This document shows positions 8,771 to 18,707 of a DNA stretch of 64,000 nucleotides, one piece after another. The DNA comes from an uncultured Acidobacteriota bacterium. GTDB lineage: Bacteria > Acidobacteriota > UBA6911. The number at the start of each line of letters is the position of its first letter. Within the stretch, counting starts at the first letter, position 1. Location of the stretch: positions 576,001-640,000 of the forward strand of contig CAWEJX010000020.1 in assembly GCA_963809485.1 (NCBI GenBank). The letters are read 5' to 3'. Under the pieces are notes generated by a model that was given only the letters and a program-made list of their open reading frames with translations, ran no database searches and was not told the DNA's origin. The translations under genes and the position numbers were made by a program.

Positions 8771-9547
8771 TTAGTTCCCCAGGAGCCGGCGGCAGAATTC
8801 CGCTGTCCCGGATGGGATGCTGCGCGGATCTTTGATCTTTTCCATTTCCGCAACAATGGCGCTGCCCACAACAGCTCCATCGGAGATTTCCCAGACCGAC
8901 CGCACCTGCTCCGGGCTGGATATGCCGAATCCGACGGCGACCGGAAGCTGTGTGTGCTGCCGTACACGTTCAACGGTCGGAAGTATGGAGGCAGACAATT
9001 CCTGCCGGGCTCCGGTGATTCCCGTGCGGGAAACCACATAAACGAAGCCGCGCGAGCATTGCGCGATCCTGGCGATACGCTTCGCGCCGCTGGTCGGCGC
9101 TGCCAGGAATACGCAATCCAAATCATGCTTTTCCATGCACTCGCGATACTCATCGCTCTCCTCGGGAGTCATGTCCGTCACCAGCACCCCGTCGATTCCC
9201 GAAGCCCGGGCGTCGCGCGCCAGGTCTTCAAGTCCGTACCGGAAGATCGGGTTGAAATAGCTGAAAAGGAGCATCGGCACGTCCGTCTGCTCCCTGATTT
9301 TCCTGACGGCTCCGAGGTAATCCGGAAAACCATATCGATGACGCAGGGCTCGGGCAACGGCGCGCTGGATGGTCGGCCCGTCAGCGACCGGATCGGAAAA
9401 AGGTATGCCCAGTTCGATCACGTGAGATCCTGCGCGCTCGAGTTCCGGCACAAGCCGCACCGTTGTCTCAAGGTCGGGATCCCCCGCCACAATAAAAGGG
9501 ATGAAGGCCTTTTCCCCGCGCGCCTTGAGCATCCTGGAACTTTTCAC
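8771..9547 (-). CDS. trpA: Tryptophan synthase alpha chain (true start may be ATG 9563 across a 1-nt insertion)
   Basis: 'IELGIPFSDPVADGPTIQRA', 'SRTGITG', 'VGFGIS', 'DGAVVGSA'. Confidence 0.95.
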   Translation of the reverse strand: MKSSRMLKARGEKAFIPFIVAGDPDLETTVRLVPELERAGSHVIELGIPFSDPVADGPTIQRAVARALRHRYGFPDYLGAVRKIREQTDVPMLLFSYFNPIFRYGLEDLARDARASGIDGVLVTDMTPEESDEYRECMEKHDLDCVFLAAPTSGAKRIARIAQCSRGFVYVVSRTGITGARQELSASILPTVERVRQHTQLPVAVGFGISSPEQVRSVWEISDGAVVGSAIVAEMEKIKDPRSIPSGTAEFCRRLLGN

Positions 9548-9606
9548 CTATCCTCCGGGTCATGATGGCTCCTGTCGATTCGAAATGCGGGATTCGAAAT
9601 TTGAAA

Positions 9607-10818
9607 TTAGAATAATTGGTCCTTTTGAAGAATTTCGGCGACCTGGTTTGCGTCCTTGTCTCCTCGGCCGGACAGGTTCACGATCACAACGGTGTCTTTG
9701 TCCAATTCGGGGGCCAGGCGGAGCAGCTCCGCGATCGCGTGCGCGCTTTCCAGGGCCGGGATTATTCCCTCCAGGCGGCTCAGGAGCTGAAACGCATCAA
9801 GCGCGCTGTCATCCCCAATCGAGGTATATTGCACGCGCCCGCTGTCATGCAGATAGGAGTGCTCGGGGCCGACAGCAGGATAGTCGAGGCCTGCCGAAAT
9901 GGAATGGGTGCCCGCAATCTGGCCGTTTTCATCCTGCAAGACATAGCTCAGAGTCCCCTGCAGGACGCCTTTCCTGCCGCCGCTGAAACGGGCCGCGTGC
10001 TGCCCAAGGGCCGTGCCCCTGCCGCCGGCCTCAACTCCAACCATGCGGATCCCGGGTTCACCGAGGAAATCATAAAAAAGGCCAATCGCGTTGCTTCCCC
10101 CGCCGACGCAGGCCAGGAGCAGATCCGGAAGCCTTCCTTCGGCTTCCAGAATTTGGGCGCGCGCTTCCCGGCCGATCACGGCCTGGAAATCGCGAACGAT
10201 CCAGGGGTAGGGATGAGCGCCCAGCACGGATCCCAACAGATAATGAGTGCTGGATACGTTGGTTACCCAGTCGCGCATCGCTTCGTTGATGGCATCCTTC
10301 AGGGTGCGGCTGCCGGAGTCCACGGGAATCACCTTTGCTCCCAGCAGGCGCATGCGGAAGACGTTCAGCGACTGGCGGCGCATATCTTCCGTGCCCATGT
10401 AGATGTCGCACTCCATGCCGAACAGGGCTGCAACGGTCGCGGTCGCCACTCCGTGCTGTCCCGCGCCGGTTTCGGCAATGATCCGTGTTTTGCCCATGCG
10501 TCTCGCCAGCAGGATCTGCCCCAGAGCGTTGTTGATTTTATGCGCGCCGGTATGGGTCAGGTCTTCACGTTTGAGGTAGATACGTCCTTTGCCGATGTGC
10601 GCGGAAAGGCGCCGGGCAAGCGTAAGCGGCGTCGGGCGGCCGGCGTATGTTCTGAAAAGATCTTCCAGTTCCGCCTGGAAGGCAGGATCCTGAATCGCCT
10701 GCCGATAAGCTTCTTCCAGCTCTTCCAGCGGGCCCATCAGCGTCTCGGGCACAAATCTGCCGCCATAGGAACCGTAGCGCCCGCGCTCGTCAGGGCCGGT
10801 TAAGGGGGTTTTCGGCAT
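9607..10818 (-). CDS. trpB: Tryptophan synthase beta chain
   Basis: '[16 protein letters not shown]', 'AETGAGQHG', 'CVGGGSNA', 'SAGLDYP', 'NLSGRGDKD'. Confidence 0.97.
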   Translation of the reverse strand: MPKTPLTGPDERGRYGSYGGRFVPETLMGPLEELEEAYRQAIQDPAFQAELEDLFRTYAGRPTPLTLARRLSAHIGKGRIYLKREDLTHTGAHKINNALGQILLARRMGKTRIIAETGAGQHGVATATVAALFGMECDIYMGTEDMRRQSLNVFRMRLLGAKVIPVDSGSRTLKDAINEAMRDWVTNVSSTHYLLGSVLGAHPYPWIVRDFQAVIGREARAQILEAEGRLPDLLLACVGGGSNAIGLFYDFLGEPGIRMVGVEAGGRGTALGQHAARFSGGRKGVLQGTLSYVLQDENGQIAGTHSISAGLDYPAVGPEHSYLHDSGRVQYTSIGDDSALDAFQLLSRLEGIIPALESAHAIAELLRLAPELDKDTVVIVNLSGRGDKDANQVAEILQKDQLF

Positions 10819-11425
10819 TTCTCACCTCGTTCATGAATTCCATCAACTTTCCGGCGTCCTTTTTCCCCGGAACGATCTCGACTCCGCTGCACACATCCAC
10901 CGCGTAAGGCGATACCGCGCGTATCGCCTCCCTCACATTGTCGGGCCGAAGCCCTCCTGCAAGGATAACGGGGCGGGTTCTTTTGATATTCCGGGCAAGG
11001 CCCCAGTCAAAGGATCGCCCTGTGCCGCCAAACAGGGCGTCGTCCCTGACATCCAGCAGGAAAGCCTGCACCTGAAATTCGTCCGGATTCTCCCGGAGGG
11101 GATCGGGCCCGATGCGAAGGGCTTTGATCAGGGGCCAGTCTGCCAGCTTCCGGCAATAGCCCGGGGATTCATCGCCATGCAGCTGAATCACCTGCACGCC
11201 GGCCAGACAGGCCGTCTCCGCAACTCCACCCGGCTCCGGAACATTTACAAATAGGCCCACCGCCGTTGCGAAGGGGGGCAGTCGACGGATAACGGAGCGC
11301 GCGGCCGCCGGATCGATATACCTGGGGCTGGATGGGTGGAAATTGAATCCCAACGCATCCGCGCCCAGGTCGAGAGCCATCGCGGCATCTTCATAGCAGG
11401 TGATCCCGCAAATTTTGACCTTCAT
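10790..11425 (-). CDS. trpF: Phosphoribosylanthranilate isomerase
   Basis: 'MKVKICGIT', 'QLHGDE', 'GGTGRSFDW', 'LAGGL.P.NV', 'VDVCSGVE'; the ORF-track N-terminal extension is element-derived. Confidence 0.95.
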   Translation of the reverse strand: MKVKICGITCYEDAAMALDLGADALGFNFHPSSPRYIDPAAARSVIRRLPPFATAVGLFVNVPEPGGVAETACLAGVQVIQLHGDESPGYCRKLADWPLIKALRIGPDPLRENPDEFQVQAFLLDVRDDALFGGTGRSFDWGLARNIKRTRPVILAGGLRPDNVREAIRAVSPYAVDVCSGVEIVPGKKDAGKLMEFMNEVRNAENPLNRP

Positions 11426-11444
11426 CCGGAACTCCGAATCCAAA

Positions 11445-11842
11445 GTCAGGTACCTCCGGCAAAGCCGGAGGCCTGTAAGATTTGAACCGCTCAAAGCGGT
11501 TGGAGAAGTTACGCCGGTCTTGAACGCTGACTTACGCGGGCAAAAGCCGATGAGGCGCTTCCGATCCCCGCAGGGGCCAGCGCTCCGCGCCGGACAGTTT
11601 TCTGGGGCGGCACTGTGGCAAGCGCCCGGTTTCTCATACCCTAAATCTCCTTGCCGCACGGCGCTTGCCACAGTGCCGCCCCAGAAAATTCCATCGGAAG
11701 CGCCTCATCGGCTTTTGCTCGCCGACCCTCGCCGAACAAATCGGCGTTTGTCAGCGCCTTTATCAGCGTTTCTCAGCGTTTTAAAATACGGAGCTGTCAA
11801 ACTTTTTAAGTCCCCCGGCAGAGCCGGAAGTTTACCAATGTA
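11445..11842 (-). mobile_element. Non-autonomous IS200/IS605-type palindromic element, copy 4 (full length, 398 bp), between trpC and trpF
   Basis: Same length and ends as copy 2 in opposite orientation; inserted right after trpC stop (TGA-T). Confidence 0.88.
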
Positions 11843-11843
11843 A

Positions 11844-12683
11844 TCAAGCAGCCTTCCCTCGTAACCGGAGCAAAGCTTCGCCCGGGGACGAAGCCCGTAT
11901 GAGCTGTTCTCCCACAAGGAATCCGATGTAGCCGGCATCGGAAAGCTTGCGTATATCCTCCGCGCTGCGGATGCCGCTCTCGGCGACGGCCGTCACCTCC
12001 CCGGGCATATTTCGAGCCAGATCCAGGGATACATCCAGGCGGACCTCGAACGTCCGCAGGTCGCGGTTATTGACGCCAATCAGTGTGGCACCCGTATCGA
12101 GCGCCCGCTGGAGCTCCTCCCGGTTGTGGACCTCGACAAGCGCCTCCATGCCGTAGCGTTCTGCGTCCTCGCGGAGGTTGCGCAGCCCTGAAGCATCCAG
12201 CAGTGCGGCGATCAGCAGTACAGCATCCGCCCCCGCGTGGCGGGCTTCCAGGATCTGGTAGGAATCTATGATGAAGTCCTTGCGCAACAGCGGGATTCTT
12301 GTGCTCCAGCGCAAACGGGCAAGGATCTCGAGTCCGCCCTGGAAGTGCCTTACTTCGGTAACCACGGAAACGGCGGCTGCGCCGGCATCCTGGTATTCGC
12401 GAGCGATCGATTCCGGATCAAAATCCTTGCGGATCAAACCGGCCGACGGCGACGCCCGCTTGATCTCCGCAATTATGGCCGGCCTGTGCCTCGCCAGCGC
12501 CTTCCTGAAGGACCGTATCGCAGGGGCGCGGTCCAAAACGCTTTCGATGGACACGGCGGGCAGCTTCTGACGGGCAGCTATGAGTTCACGCACTTTATCA
12601 TGCATGATCTTTTCCAGGATAGTGTCCCTGAGCGGATCAGGCAGCCTGTAATCCAATGACGTTTGCAGTTTGTTCGTGTTCAT
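11844..12683 (-). CDS. trpC: Indole-3-glycerol phosphate synthase
   Basis: 'IIAEIKRASPSAG', 'LLRKDFII', 'LVEVH', 'IGVNNRDL', 'VAESGI'. Confidence 0.96.
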   Translation of the reverse strand: MNTNKLQTSLDYRLPDPLRDTILEKIMHDKVRELIAARQKLPAVSIESVLDRAPAIRSFRKALARHRPAIIAEIKRASPSAGLIRKDFDPESIAREYQDAGAAAVSVVTEVRHFQGGLEILARLRWSTRIPLLRKDFIIDSYQILEARHAGADAVLLIAALLDASGLRNLREDAERYGMEALVEVHNREELQRALDTGATLIGVNNRDLRTFEVRLDVSLDLARNMPGEVTAVAESGIRSAEDIRKLSDAGYIGFLVGEQLIRASSPGEALLRLRGKAA

Positions 12684-12686
12684 GTT

Positions 12687-13262
12687 TCACGCTCCCCTCT
12701 GAAGGTTCAGGAAGTTTGAAAGCACCTTCTTCCCTGTTTCCGTCAAAATGGATTCCGGATGAAACTGCACTCCTTCGACCGTCATCTCGCGATGGCGCAG
12801 TCCCATGATGACGCCGTCCCCGGTTTTTGCCGATACTTCCAGGCAGGCGGGAAGGGTCTCAGGAGCAACCACTAATGAATGATAGCGCGTCGCACGGAAT
12901 GGATTCGGCAAATCTGAAAAAATTGTCCGTCCATCATGAAAAATGTCGCTGGTTTTTCCATGCATGATTTGCGGCGCCTGAACGACGTCGCCGCCAAAAG
13001 CGGCGCCAATGGCCTGATGGCCGAGGCAGACCCCCAGAATCGGGATTTTCCCGGCAAATTCGCGGATCAGCGGGATGATGATGCCTGAATTTTCGGGGCG
13101 GCCGGGGCCGGGGGAAAGAACAATATTTGCCGGCGTCAGGCTTTCAATCTCAGACAGACTGATGGCATCATTGCGAAAAACCTTCAGTTCCTGCCCCATT
13201 TCACCCAAATACTGCACGAGATTGAAGGTAAAGGAATCATAATTATCAATAACAAGAATCAT
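12687..13262 (-). CDS. trpG: Anthranilate synthase component II (glutamine amidotransferase)
   Basis: '[15 protein letters not shown]', 'SPGPG', 'GVCLGHQ', 'RYHSL', 'QFHPES'. Confidence 0.95.
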   Translation of the reverse strand: MILVIDNYDSFTFNLVQYLGEMGQELKVFRNDAISLSEIESLTPANIVLSPGPGRPENSGIIIPLIREFAGKIPILGVCLGHQAIGAAFGGDVVQAPQIMHGKTSDIFHDGRTIFSDLPNPFRATRYHSLVVAPETLPACLEVSAKTGDGVIMGLRHREMTVEGVQFHPESILTETGKKVLSNFLNLQRGA

Positions 13263-13276
13263 GCCACCCCCCAACG

Positions 13277-13418
13277 GAATTACGAATTACGAATTACGAA
13301 TGACGAATAGGAGCACCATTCTCTATTGGAGTTGCCATTGGATTGTCCGGGAGCTTATTGAATAAATGGAGGCCGGCCCTTTTGTCATTTAATTCGTAAT
13401 TCGTCATTCGAAATTCGA
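13277..13418. repeat. Inverted heptamer tandem arrays (ACGAATT/ACGAATG)n ... (AATTCGT/CATTCGT)n between trpE and trpG
   Basis: gaattacgaattacgaattacgaatgacgaat ... aattcgtaattcgtcattcgaaattcg. Confidence 0.8.
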
Positions 13419-13421
13419 TAT

Positions 13422-14900
13422 TCATTTCAGGCCTTCGTGGGCGAATTTGACGGCCCGGATCAGCGCGCTGGCCTTGTTGATGGACTCTTCGTACTCACGC
13501 CTGGGTTCGGAGTCCGCCACGATTCCCCCGCCTGCCTGTATATAGGCCATACCGTCCTTGATGACGAGCGTGCGCAGCGCGATACACGTGTCGAGGTTGC
13601 CGGAGAAATCGACATACCCCACGGCGCCCCCATAAACTCCCCGGCGGCAGGGCTCGAAGTCCTCGATGATTTCCATGGCGCGCACTTTGGGAGCCCCGGA
13701 TACCGTGCCCGCCGGCAGGCAGGATTCCAGCGCATGGTAGCAGTCGAGACTCCCGCGCAGCTGACCTTCCACGCTGCTGACCAGATGCATGACATGGCTG
13801 TACTTTTCTATGCGCATCAAATCTGTCACCTGAACCGAGCCATACTTGCAGACCCGCCCCAGGTCGTTGCGTCCAAGGTCTACGAGCATGATGTGTTCCG
13901 CACGCTCCTTTTCGTCGGACAGTAACTCCCGGCCAAACCGCTCATCCTCCTCGGACGTGCTGCCCCTGGGACGCGTTCCGGCAATCGGTCCGTACTCGAC
14001 CCGGCCCTCGCGGACCTTTACCAGCATTTCAGGCGAAGCCCCCACGAGATGCAGGTTATCCAGACGAAGGAAGAACATGTAGGGAGAGGGATTGATGAAG
14101 CGGAGGGCACGGTAGATATCGAAGGGATCGCAGCTGATCTTCATCGCGAACCGCTGGGACAGCACCACTTGAAAAATGTCACCGGCCTGAATATAGGACT
14201 TGGCCGCCTCAACGTTGGCGGAATATTTCGACTCGCCCAGATTGGAAACGGGCTCTGGAATGCACTCCCGGGCTGCGGGCGAAGGGAGGGAAATCGGGAT
14301 CGTCAGGCGCTTCTCAATCTGCTCGATGCGCAGCAAAGCATCCTGGTACCTGGATTCCAGGCCTTGCCCGCCGCGATCGTCAATGATGTTGGCGATGATG
14401 TGAATCCTGTGCTTCAAATGATCGAAGGCAAGAATCGTGGAAAAATACATCACCTCGTAATCATCGATGTTCAGGTCATCCACGGCTCGGCAGGGCAGGT
14501 TCTCGAACTGGCGAACCAGGTCATAGGCAAAATATCCGACGCCGCCGCCCACGAACGGAGGCAGATCGGGAATGGGAACCGGCTTGAATTTCGCCGCGAT
14601 CTCCCTCAGCTTGGAAAGGCCGCGCGCTTTTTCACGGACAATTTCACCCTGGCATTCGCTCCAGACGGAATTCCCCTTGCCGCGCACAACGATGAAGGGA
14701 TCCCAGCCGATGAAAGAATACCTGGCAAGGCGCTCGCCGCCCTCAACGCTTTCCAGCAGAAAGACTCTCCGCCGTCCCTGAGCCAGCCTTAAAAATGCGG
14801 AGGCCGGCGTCAAGAGATCTCCCAGGATGTCCTTTCGGACAGGGATGACGGATCCCCGCCCTGCCATGATCAGCACTTCCTTCAGTGAAGGTTGAATCAT
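13422..14900 (-). CDS. trpE: Anthranilate synthase component I
   Basis: 'FLLESVEGGE..ARYS', 'GDIFQVVLSQR', 'NPSPYM', 'PIAGT', 'EHIMLVDLGRND', 'GTVSGAPK'. Confidence 0.97.
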   Translation of the reverse strand: MIQPSLKEVLIMAGRGSVIPVRKDILGDLLTPASAFLRLAQGRRRVFLLESVEGGERLARYSFIGWDPFIVVRGKGNSVWSECQGEIVREKARGLSKLREIAAKFKPVPIPDLPPFVGGGVGYFAYDLVRQFENLPCRAVDDLNIDDYEVMYFSTILAFDHLKHRIHIIANIIDDRGGQGLESRYQDALLRIEQIEKRLTIPISLPSPAARECIPEPVSNLGESKYSANVEAAKSYIQAGDIFQVVLSQRFAMKISCDPFDIYRALRFINPSPYMFFLRLDNLHLVGASPEMLVKVREGRVEYGPIAGTRPRGSTSEEDERFGRELLSDEKERAEHIMLVDLGRNDLGRVCKYGSVQVTDLMRIEKYSHVMHLVSSVEGQLRGSLDCYHALESCLPAGTVSGAPKVRAMEIIEDFEPCRRGVYGGAVGYVDFSGNLDTCIALRTLVIKDGMAYIQAGGGIVADSEPRREYEESINKASALIRAVKFAHEGLK

Positions 14901-14926
14901 ATCTCGCTCTCAGAATCGGATGCCGC

Positions 14927-14965
14927 AAAAAAAAAGCCGCAAACGCCTTGAGTCGTTCGCGGCTT
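14927..14965 (-). terminator. trp attenuator terminator
   Basis: Minus strand AAGCCGCGAACG-actcaagg-CGTTTGCGGC-T9, between the leader ORF and trpE. Confidence 0.85.
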
Positions 14966-14988
14966 CATCACCCTAATCGTTTCCGGTT

Positions 14989-15078
14989 TCAGGGGACTGG
15001 CGGCCAATCGACCCGGGATCTTCCTGTCACGCGCCACCACTGCCAGAAACCAATTCGATGGATAATTTCCCTGTTCAT
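14989..15078 (-). CDS. trpL: trp operon leader peptide (29 aa, MNREIIHRIGFWQWWRVTGRSRVDWPPVP)
   Basis: Hand-translated short ORF with a W-Q-W-W-R cluster directly upstream of a terminator hairpin and trpE. Confidence 0.85.
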   Translation of the reverse strand: MNREIIHRIGFWQWWRVTGRSRVDWPPVP

Positions 15079-15379
15079 TATGCCGCCTGATCCAATTATC
15101 AATAATTTCTATCACAAGACAGCCATAGGACGCAACCGCAATGCGGCCTGCAAATTTTTGAAGCCCCTTAATGGAATCCACACTCAACTGTGTCATATTT
15201 ACAACAAACCAAAGGACAGACCGAATATTTCAAATAATTCACATTTGCCATAAATTATTGCCCATCTATTAAATAAAGGGATTTTATGCAGGAACCCGCT
15301 CTTGGCATAAAATTTGCTAGCGAAGGAACTTACACGCGGGAAACCGTATCTACGGCTCATTTGACACAAGGAAAACTGC

Positions 15380-16264
15380 ATGCTGAAGCTCCAGAGGACG
15401 TTGCGCAGAGAGGTTCCGTTTGAGGGCACGGGCCTTCACACCGGCTATTCCGTCAAGCTGAGGTTGGTTCCGGCGCCGCCGGAAACGGGGATACGCTTCC
15501 GCCGTACAGACCTGAAGAATTTCGAAATCGAGGCGGTGCGCGCCCATGTAGCCAAGGTCAGCTACGCAACGACCCTGATGAAAAAGGGGGTCATGATCTC
15601 CACGGTAGAGCACCTCCTTTCGGCGCTCTACGGCCTGGGGATTGACAACCTGTATCTCGACATAAACTCTCTGGAAGTTCCGATCCTGGACGGCAGCGGA
15701 AAGCAATTCGTGGAAGAGATGCTGAAAGCCGGGATTGTCGAGCAGGCGGCGCTTCGCAACTACCTGGTGGTTGAGAAGCCCATCGAGGTACGCCAGGGCG
15801 ACAAGGTAGCCGGAGTGTATCCGGACCCGATTCCAAAAGCCACCTACATCATCGATTTCAGTCACGAGGCGATCGGGCACCAGGAAATACAGATGGAGTT
15901 GACGCCGGAGTCCTACTACCGCGAACTCGCCAGCGCCCGCACATTCGGTTTCGTTACGGACATTGAATATCTGAAAAGCCTCGGGCTCATTCAAGGCGGT
16001 TCCCTCGACAATGCCGTCGTGCTCGATTCCTCCGGGATCATCAACAACCATCTCCGCTTTCCCAACGAATTTGTGCGCCACAAACTGCTGGACCTGCTGG
16101 GAGACATTTCGCTGACGGGCTACCCCATCATCGGGCATTTGCACGCCGAGAGGGCGGGTCACGCCATTCACACCGCATTGGCCGAGAAGATTACGCGGCT
16201 AAAAAACCACTGCAGGATCTGCACCGCCCCGGAACTGGAACTCACCCTGGCCAAAGCCATCTGA
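15380..16264 (+). CDS. lpxC: UDP-3-O-acyl-N-acetylglucosamine deacetylase
   Basis: 'QRTL...GTGLHTG', 'STVEHLLSAL', 'EVPILDGS', 'ASARTFGF', 'EFVRHKLLDLLGD'. Confidence 0.96.
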   Translation: MLKLQRTLRREVPFEGTGLHTGYSVKLRLVPAPPETGIRFRRTDLKNFEIEAVRAHVAKVSYATTLMKKGVMISTVEHLLSALYGLGIDNLYLDINSLEVPILDGSGKQFVEEMLKAGIVEQAALRNYLVVEKPIEVRQGDKVAGVYPDPIPKATYIIDFSHEAIGHQEIQMELTPESYYRELASARTFGFVTDIEYLKSLGLIQGGSLDNAVVLDSSGIINNHLRFPNEFVRHKLLDLLGDISLTGYPIIGHLHAERAGHAIHTALAEKITRLKNHCRICTAPELELTLAKAI

Positions 16265-16399
16265 AAGCCGGGATCGGGCATTTTTTACCTTTTCATGCGC
16301 CGGGCACTGTATTTCGTCTGTGGTCCCCTTGCTTCCGGCTTCTGACGGGCGGAGCCGCATGAACGGGTGACAAAGGCAGGAGCCCATTATGGCCAGGCA

Positions 16400-17023
16400 T
16401 TACCTTTTTCGGAGAATGGCGCGGACGGGGGATCCGTCCAATCCGGCTAATTTCAAAGGCAGGCAAAAGAGTTCATAGTCTCCCGGCGGGACTTTTTCCA
16501 GTTGTGCGTCTTCGAGGATAACAGTTCCGCGGCCCAGCAGGATGGTGTGCGAGGGAAGGAGTTCGCTTTCGAAGGCATCGACCGATGGAGCGTCCGTTCC
16601 CACGAGATACATTTCATGACGGGCAAGAAATTCCGCCGCATCCTCTGCAAAATAAACGTAGCTGCGGCTGAACGGCTGCCCTTCCAACCCGCGGGACCCG
16701 GTCTTGAACAGTGCCCGTTCCACACCCCGCCAATCCAGCGCTTCGAGATCCGCAGCCCGTATGCATTTCTCTGCCGCTATCGAAAAAACGCGGGCGGGAC
16801 CGATGCAATTTCGTATCGGGATACTGGAGACGTCGACGCCGGAATCATCGAGGTGGAGAGGCGCATCGATGTGCGTCCCCGTGTGAACCCCCATGTGGAT
16901 TTCCGCGACATTGCAGGTTTCGCCGTCGCGAATCCGCATGGCCCACCGGGGAGAGAACTCCGGGTCGCCGGGCCAGACCTCAATGCCTTTATCAAGAGTC
17001 CGCGATATGTCGTAAATCTGCAT
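16400..17023 (-). CDS. kynB: Cyclase family protein / kynurenine formamidase-like
   Basis: 'VWPGDP', 'HTGTHIDAPLH', 'GTDAPSVD', 'DGSPVRAIL'. Confidence 0.75.
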   Translation of the reverse strand: MQIYDISRTLDKGIEVWPGDPEFSPRWAMRIRDGETCNVAEIHMGVHTGTHIDAPLHLDDSGVDVSSIPIRNCIGPARVFSIAAEKCIRAADLEALDWRGVERALFKTGSRGLEGQPFSRSYVYFAEDAAEFLARHEMYLVGTDAPSVDAFESELLPSHTILLGRGTVILEDAQLEKVPPGDYELFCLPLKLAGLDGSPVRAILRKR

Positions 17024-17064
17024 GTTGACGTCGCACCCGGCCAAAAAGCGATCCCAGCTGAAAG

Positions 17065-17832
17065 TCATTTCGGCGGAATAGGCTTTGAGAAAAAATCATC
17101 CAGAAGATTGTTGTTGTACGTGATCTTCAGGACAAAGCTCTGAAAGGAGCGGCGCTTGTTCACGTAGCCGTCCGTCCGCAGGGGCGTATTCACTCCCTGA
17201 ACAATATGCCACTGGCTGTACTCCTGCACGTGACGCTCGCGCACGCCCTTCCCATTGACGCTCCAGTATTCCGTTTTGGCAGGAAATTTGGAAATCCGGT
17301 CAAAGTAGACCGTCACCTCGTCGTTTTCCGGATCCACGATCTTGACCATTTCGAGAGTGACGTCCCTGTCCTCTCCCGGCCCCAGGTGGAACAGCTTGTT
17401 TTCGGGATCCTTGTATCGGAAACGGAATATCGTATCGATGCTGTGCTTCACGGCGGCCCTGAATTCCTTCATTTCATCGGGAGCGGCATCGCGCGTTTCC
17501 TTCTGTCCTTCGAGAATCCAGCCCTCGTCCTTCTCGAGGTTGAATACGGTTATATCCAGTTCCTTTTTCCTGTTCCCAAGCTCGAAACGGCTCTTATCGG
17601 GAAGTTTGGTGTAGTCGGTGAATTTGATGATGCCGGAAGAATTCCCTTCCCTGTCAAACACAAAATAATTGCCCATAGACACCATATCGGTGACTTTCAG
17701 GAAAGCATCGCCTCCCATGGCTTGTATTGCGTCCTCAAACAGGGTTCGGATAATCCCATCATCCTGGCTGTGAACAAACGGCGTCCAAACGAGAGTCATT
17801 AGAACCACCAACAACGCTTTCATCCTATGCAT
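17065..17832 (-). CDS. Secreted hypothetical protein (outer-membrane lipoprotein-sorting/LolA-like fold, inferred)
   Basis: Signal peptide then 'AIQAMGG' motif and beta-rich body. Confidence 0.55.
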   Translation of the reverse strand: MHRMKALLVVLMTLVWTPFVHSQDDGIIRTLFEDAIQAMGGDAFLKVTDMVSMGNYFVFDREGNSSGIIKFTDYTKLPDKSRFELGNRKKELDITVFNLEKDEGWILEGQKETRDAAPDEMKEFRAAVKHSIDTIFRFRYKDPENKLFHLGPGEDRDVTLEMVKIVDPENDEVTVYFDRISKFPAKTEYWSVNGKGVRERHVQEYSQWHIVQGVNTPLRTDGYVNKRRSFQSFVLKITYNNNLLDDFFSKPIPPK

Positions 17833-18185
17833 ATCGAACGGTCTCCGGGAACAATTCGGGCCCACACCCTCTTAGGATATCACAAAGAAATGAATGGTGT
17901 TGCAGGCGGAGGTGCTGATTAACAGAAGTTTCAGCGTTCCTCAGCGCATTTTTCGGCGTAAGTCCGCGTTCCGGGATCCTGCAGCCTTCGATTTCCTTCA
18001 TTTTCCCGTCTTTGCCAGTGGTCCTGTCGATGACCGGATCTGCTTTTGAGCTGCACTATCGGCAGAAGCTGCGGATGCCTTTCCCCTGATCTAATCCAGT
18101 CGGGCCGCGATTGAGCTTGCCCGGCGCCATGGAATCGCTTATATAGTATTCAAAGCGCCGCGACTGCTGCGGGAGGGCATACGCC

Positions 18186-18707
18186 ATGCAAAGCCTTTTG
18201 ATCATGACCATCATCGGCAAGGACAGAACAGGGCTGGTGGAATCCATCGCCGGGCTTATAGAAAGCCACGGCGGAAACTGGCTGGAGAGCCGGATGTGCC
18301 GGCTGGGCGGAGAATTTGCCGGCATCCTGAGGATCCGCGTGCCCAAAGAAAAAGAAAAGGTCCTGATAAAATCTTTGCAGGAACTGGATTCGCGGGGATT
18401 AACGGTGATCATCCGCCCGGATCAGCGGGAACCCGCGATCGGACCCCACAAGATCGCTCTGCTCAGCCTGATCGGAGCCGACCGGCCCGGCATCATTCAC
18501 CAGATTTCGGCGATCCTTGCGAACAAGGGAGTCAACGTGGAGGAACTGGAGACCGAATACACCAGTGCTCCAATGTCGGGAGAGGCGATTTTCCAGGCTC
18601 TAGCCCGGTTGCAGATACCCGCTTCCTGTGTTCTCGCGGAGCTCCGCAAAGAGCTGGAGATGATCGGCAGCGAATTGATGGTCGATATTACCTTCTCCGA
18701 AGCTTAG
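18186..18707 (+). CDS. Tandem ACT-domain protein (GcvR-like)
   Basis: 'IIGKDRTGLV...GGNWLESRM..LGGEFA' and 'IGADRPGII...VNVEEL'. Confidence 0.85.
   Translation: MQSLLIMTIIGKDRTGLVESIAGLIESHGGNWLESRMCRLGGEFAGILRIRVPKEKEKVLIKSLQELDSRGLTVIIRPDQREPAIGPHKIALLSLIGADRPGIIHQISAILANKGVNVEELETEYTSAPMSGEAIFQALARLQIPASCVLAELRKELEMIGSELMVDITFSEA

Noticed and set aside
11426-11671. 82-aa N-terminal extension of TrpF
   Set aside because: Read-through of the inserted element; the canonical MKVKICG start with RBS is at 11425
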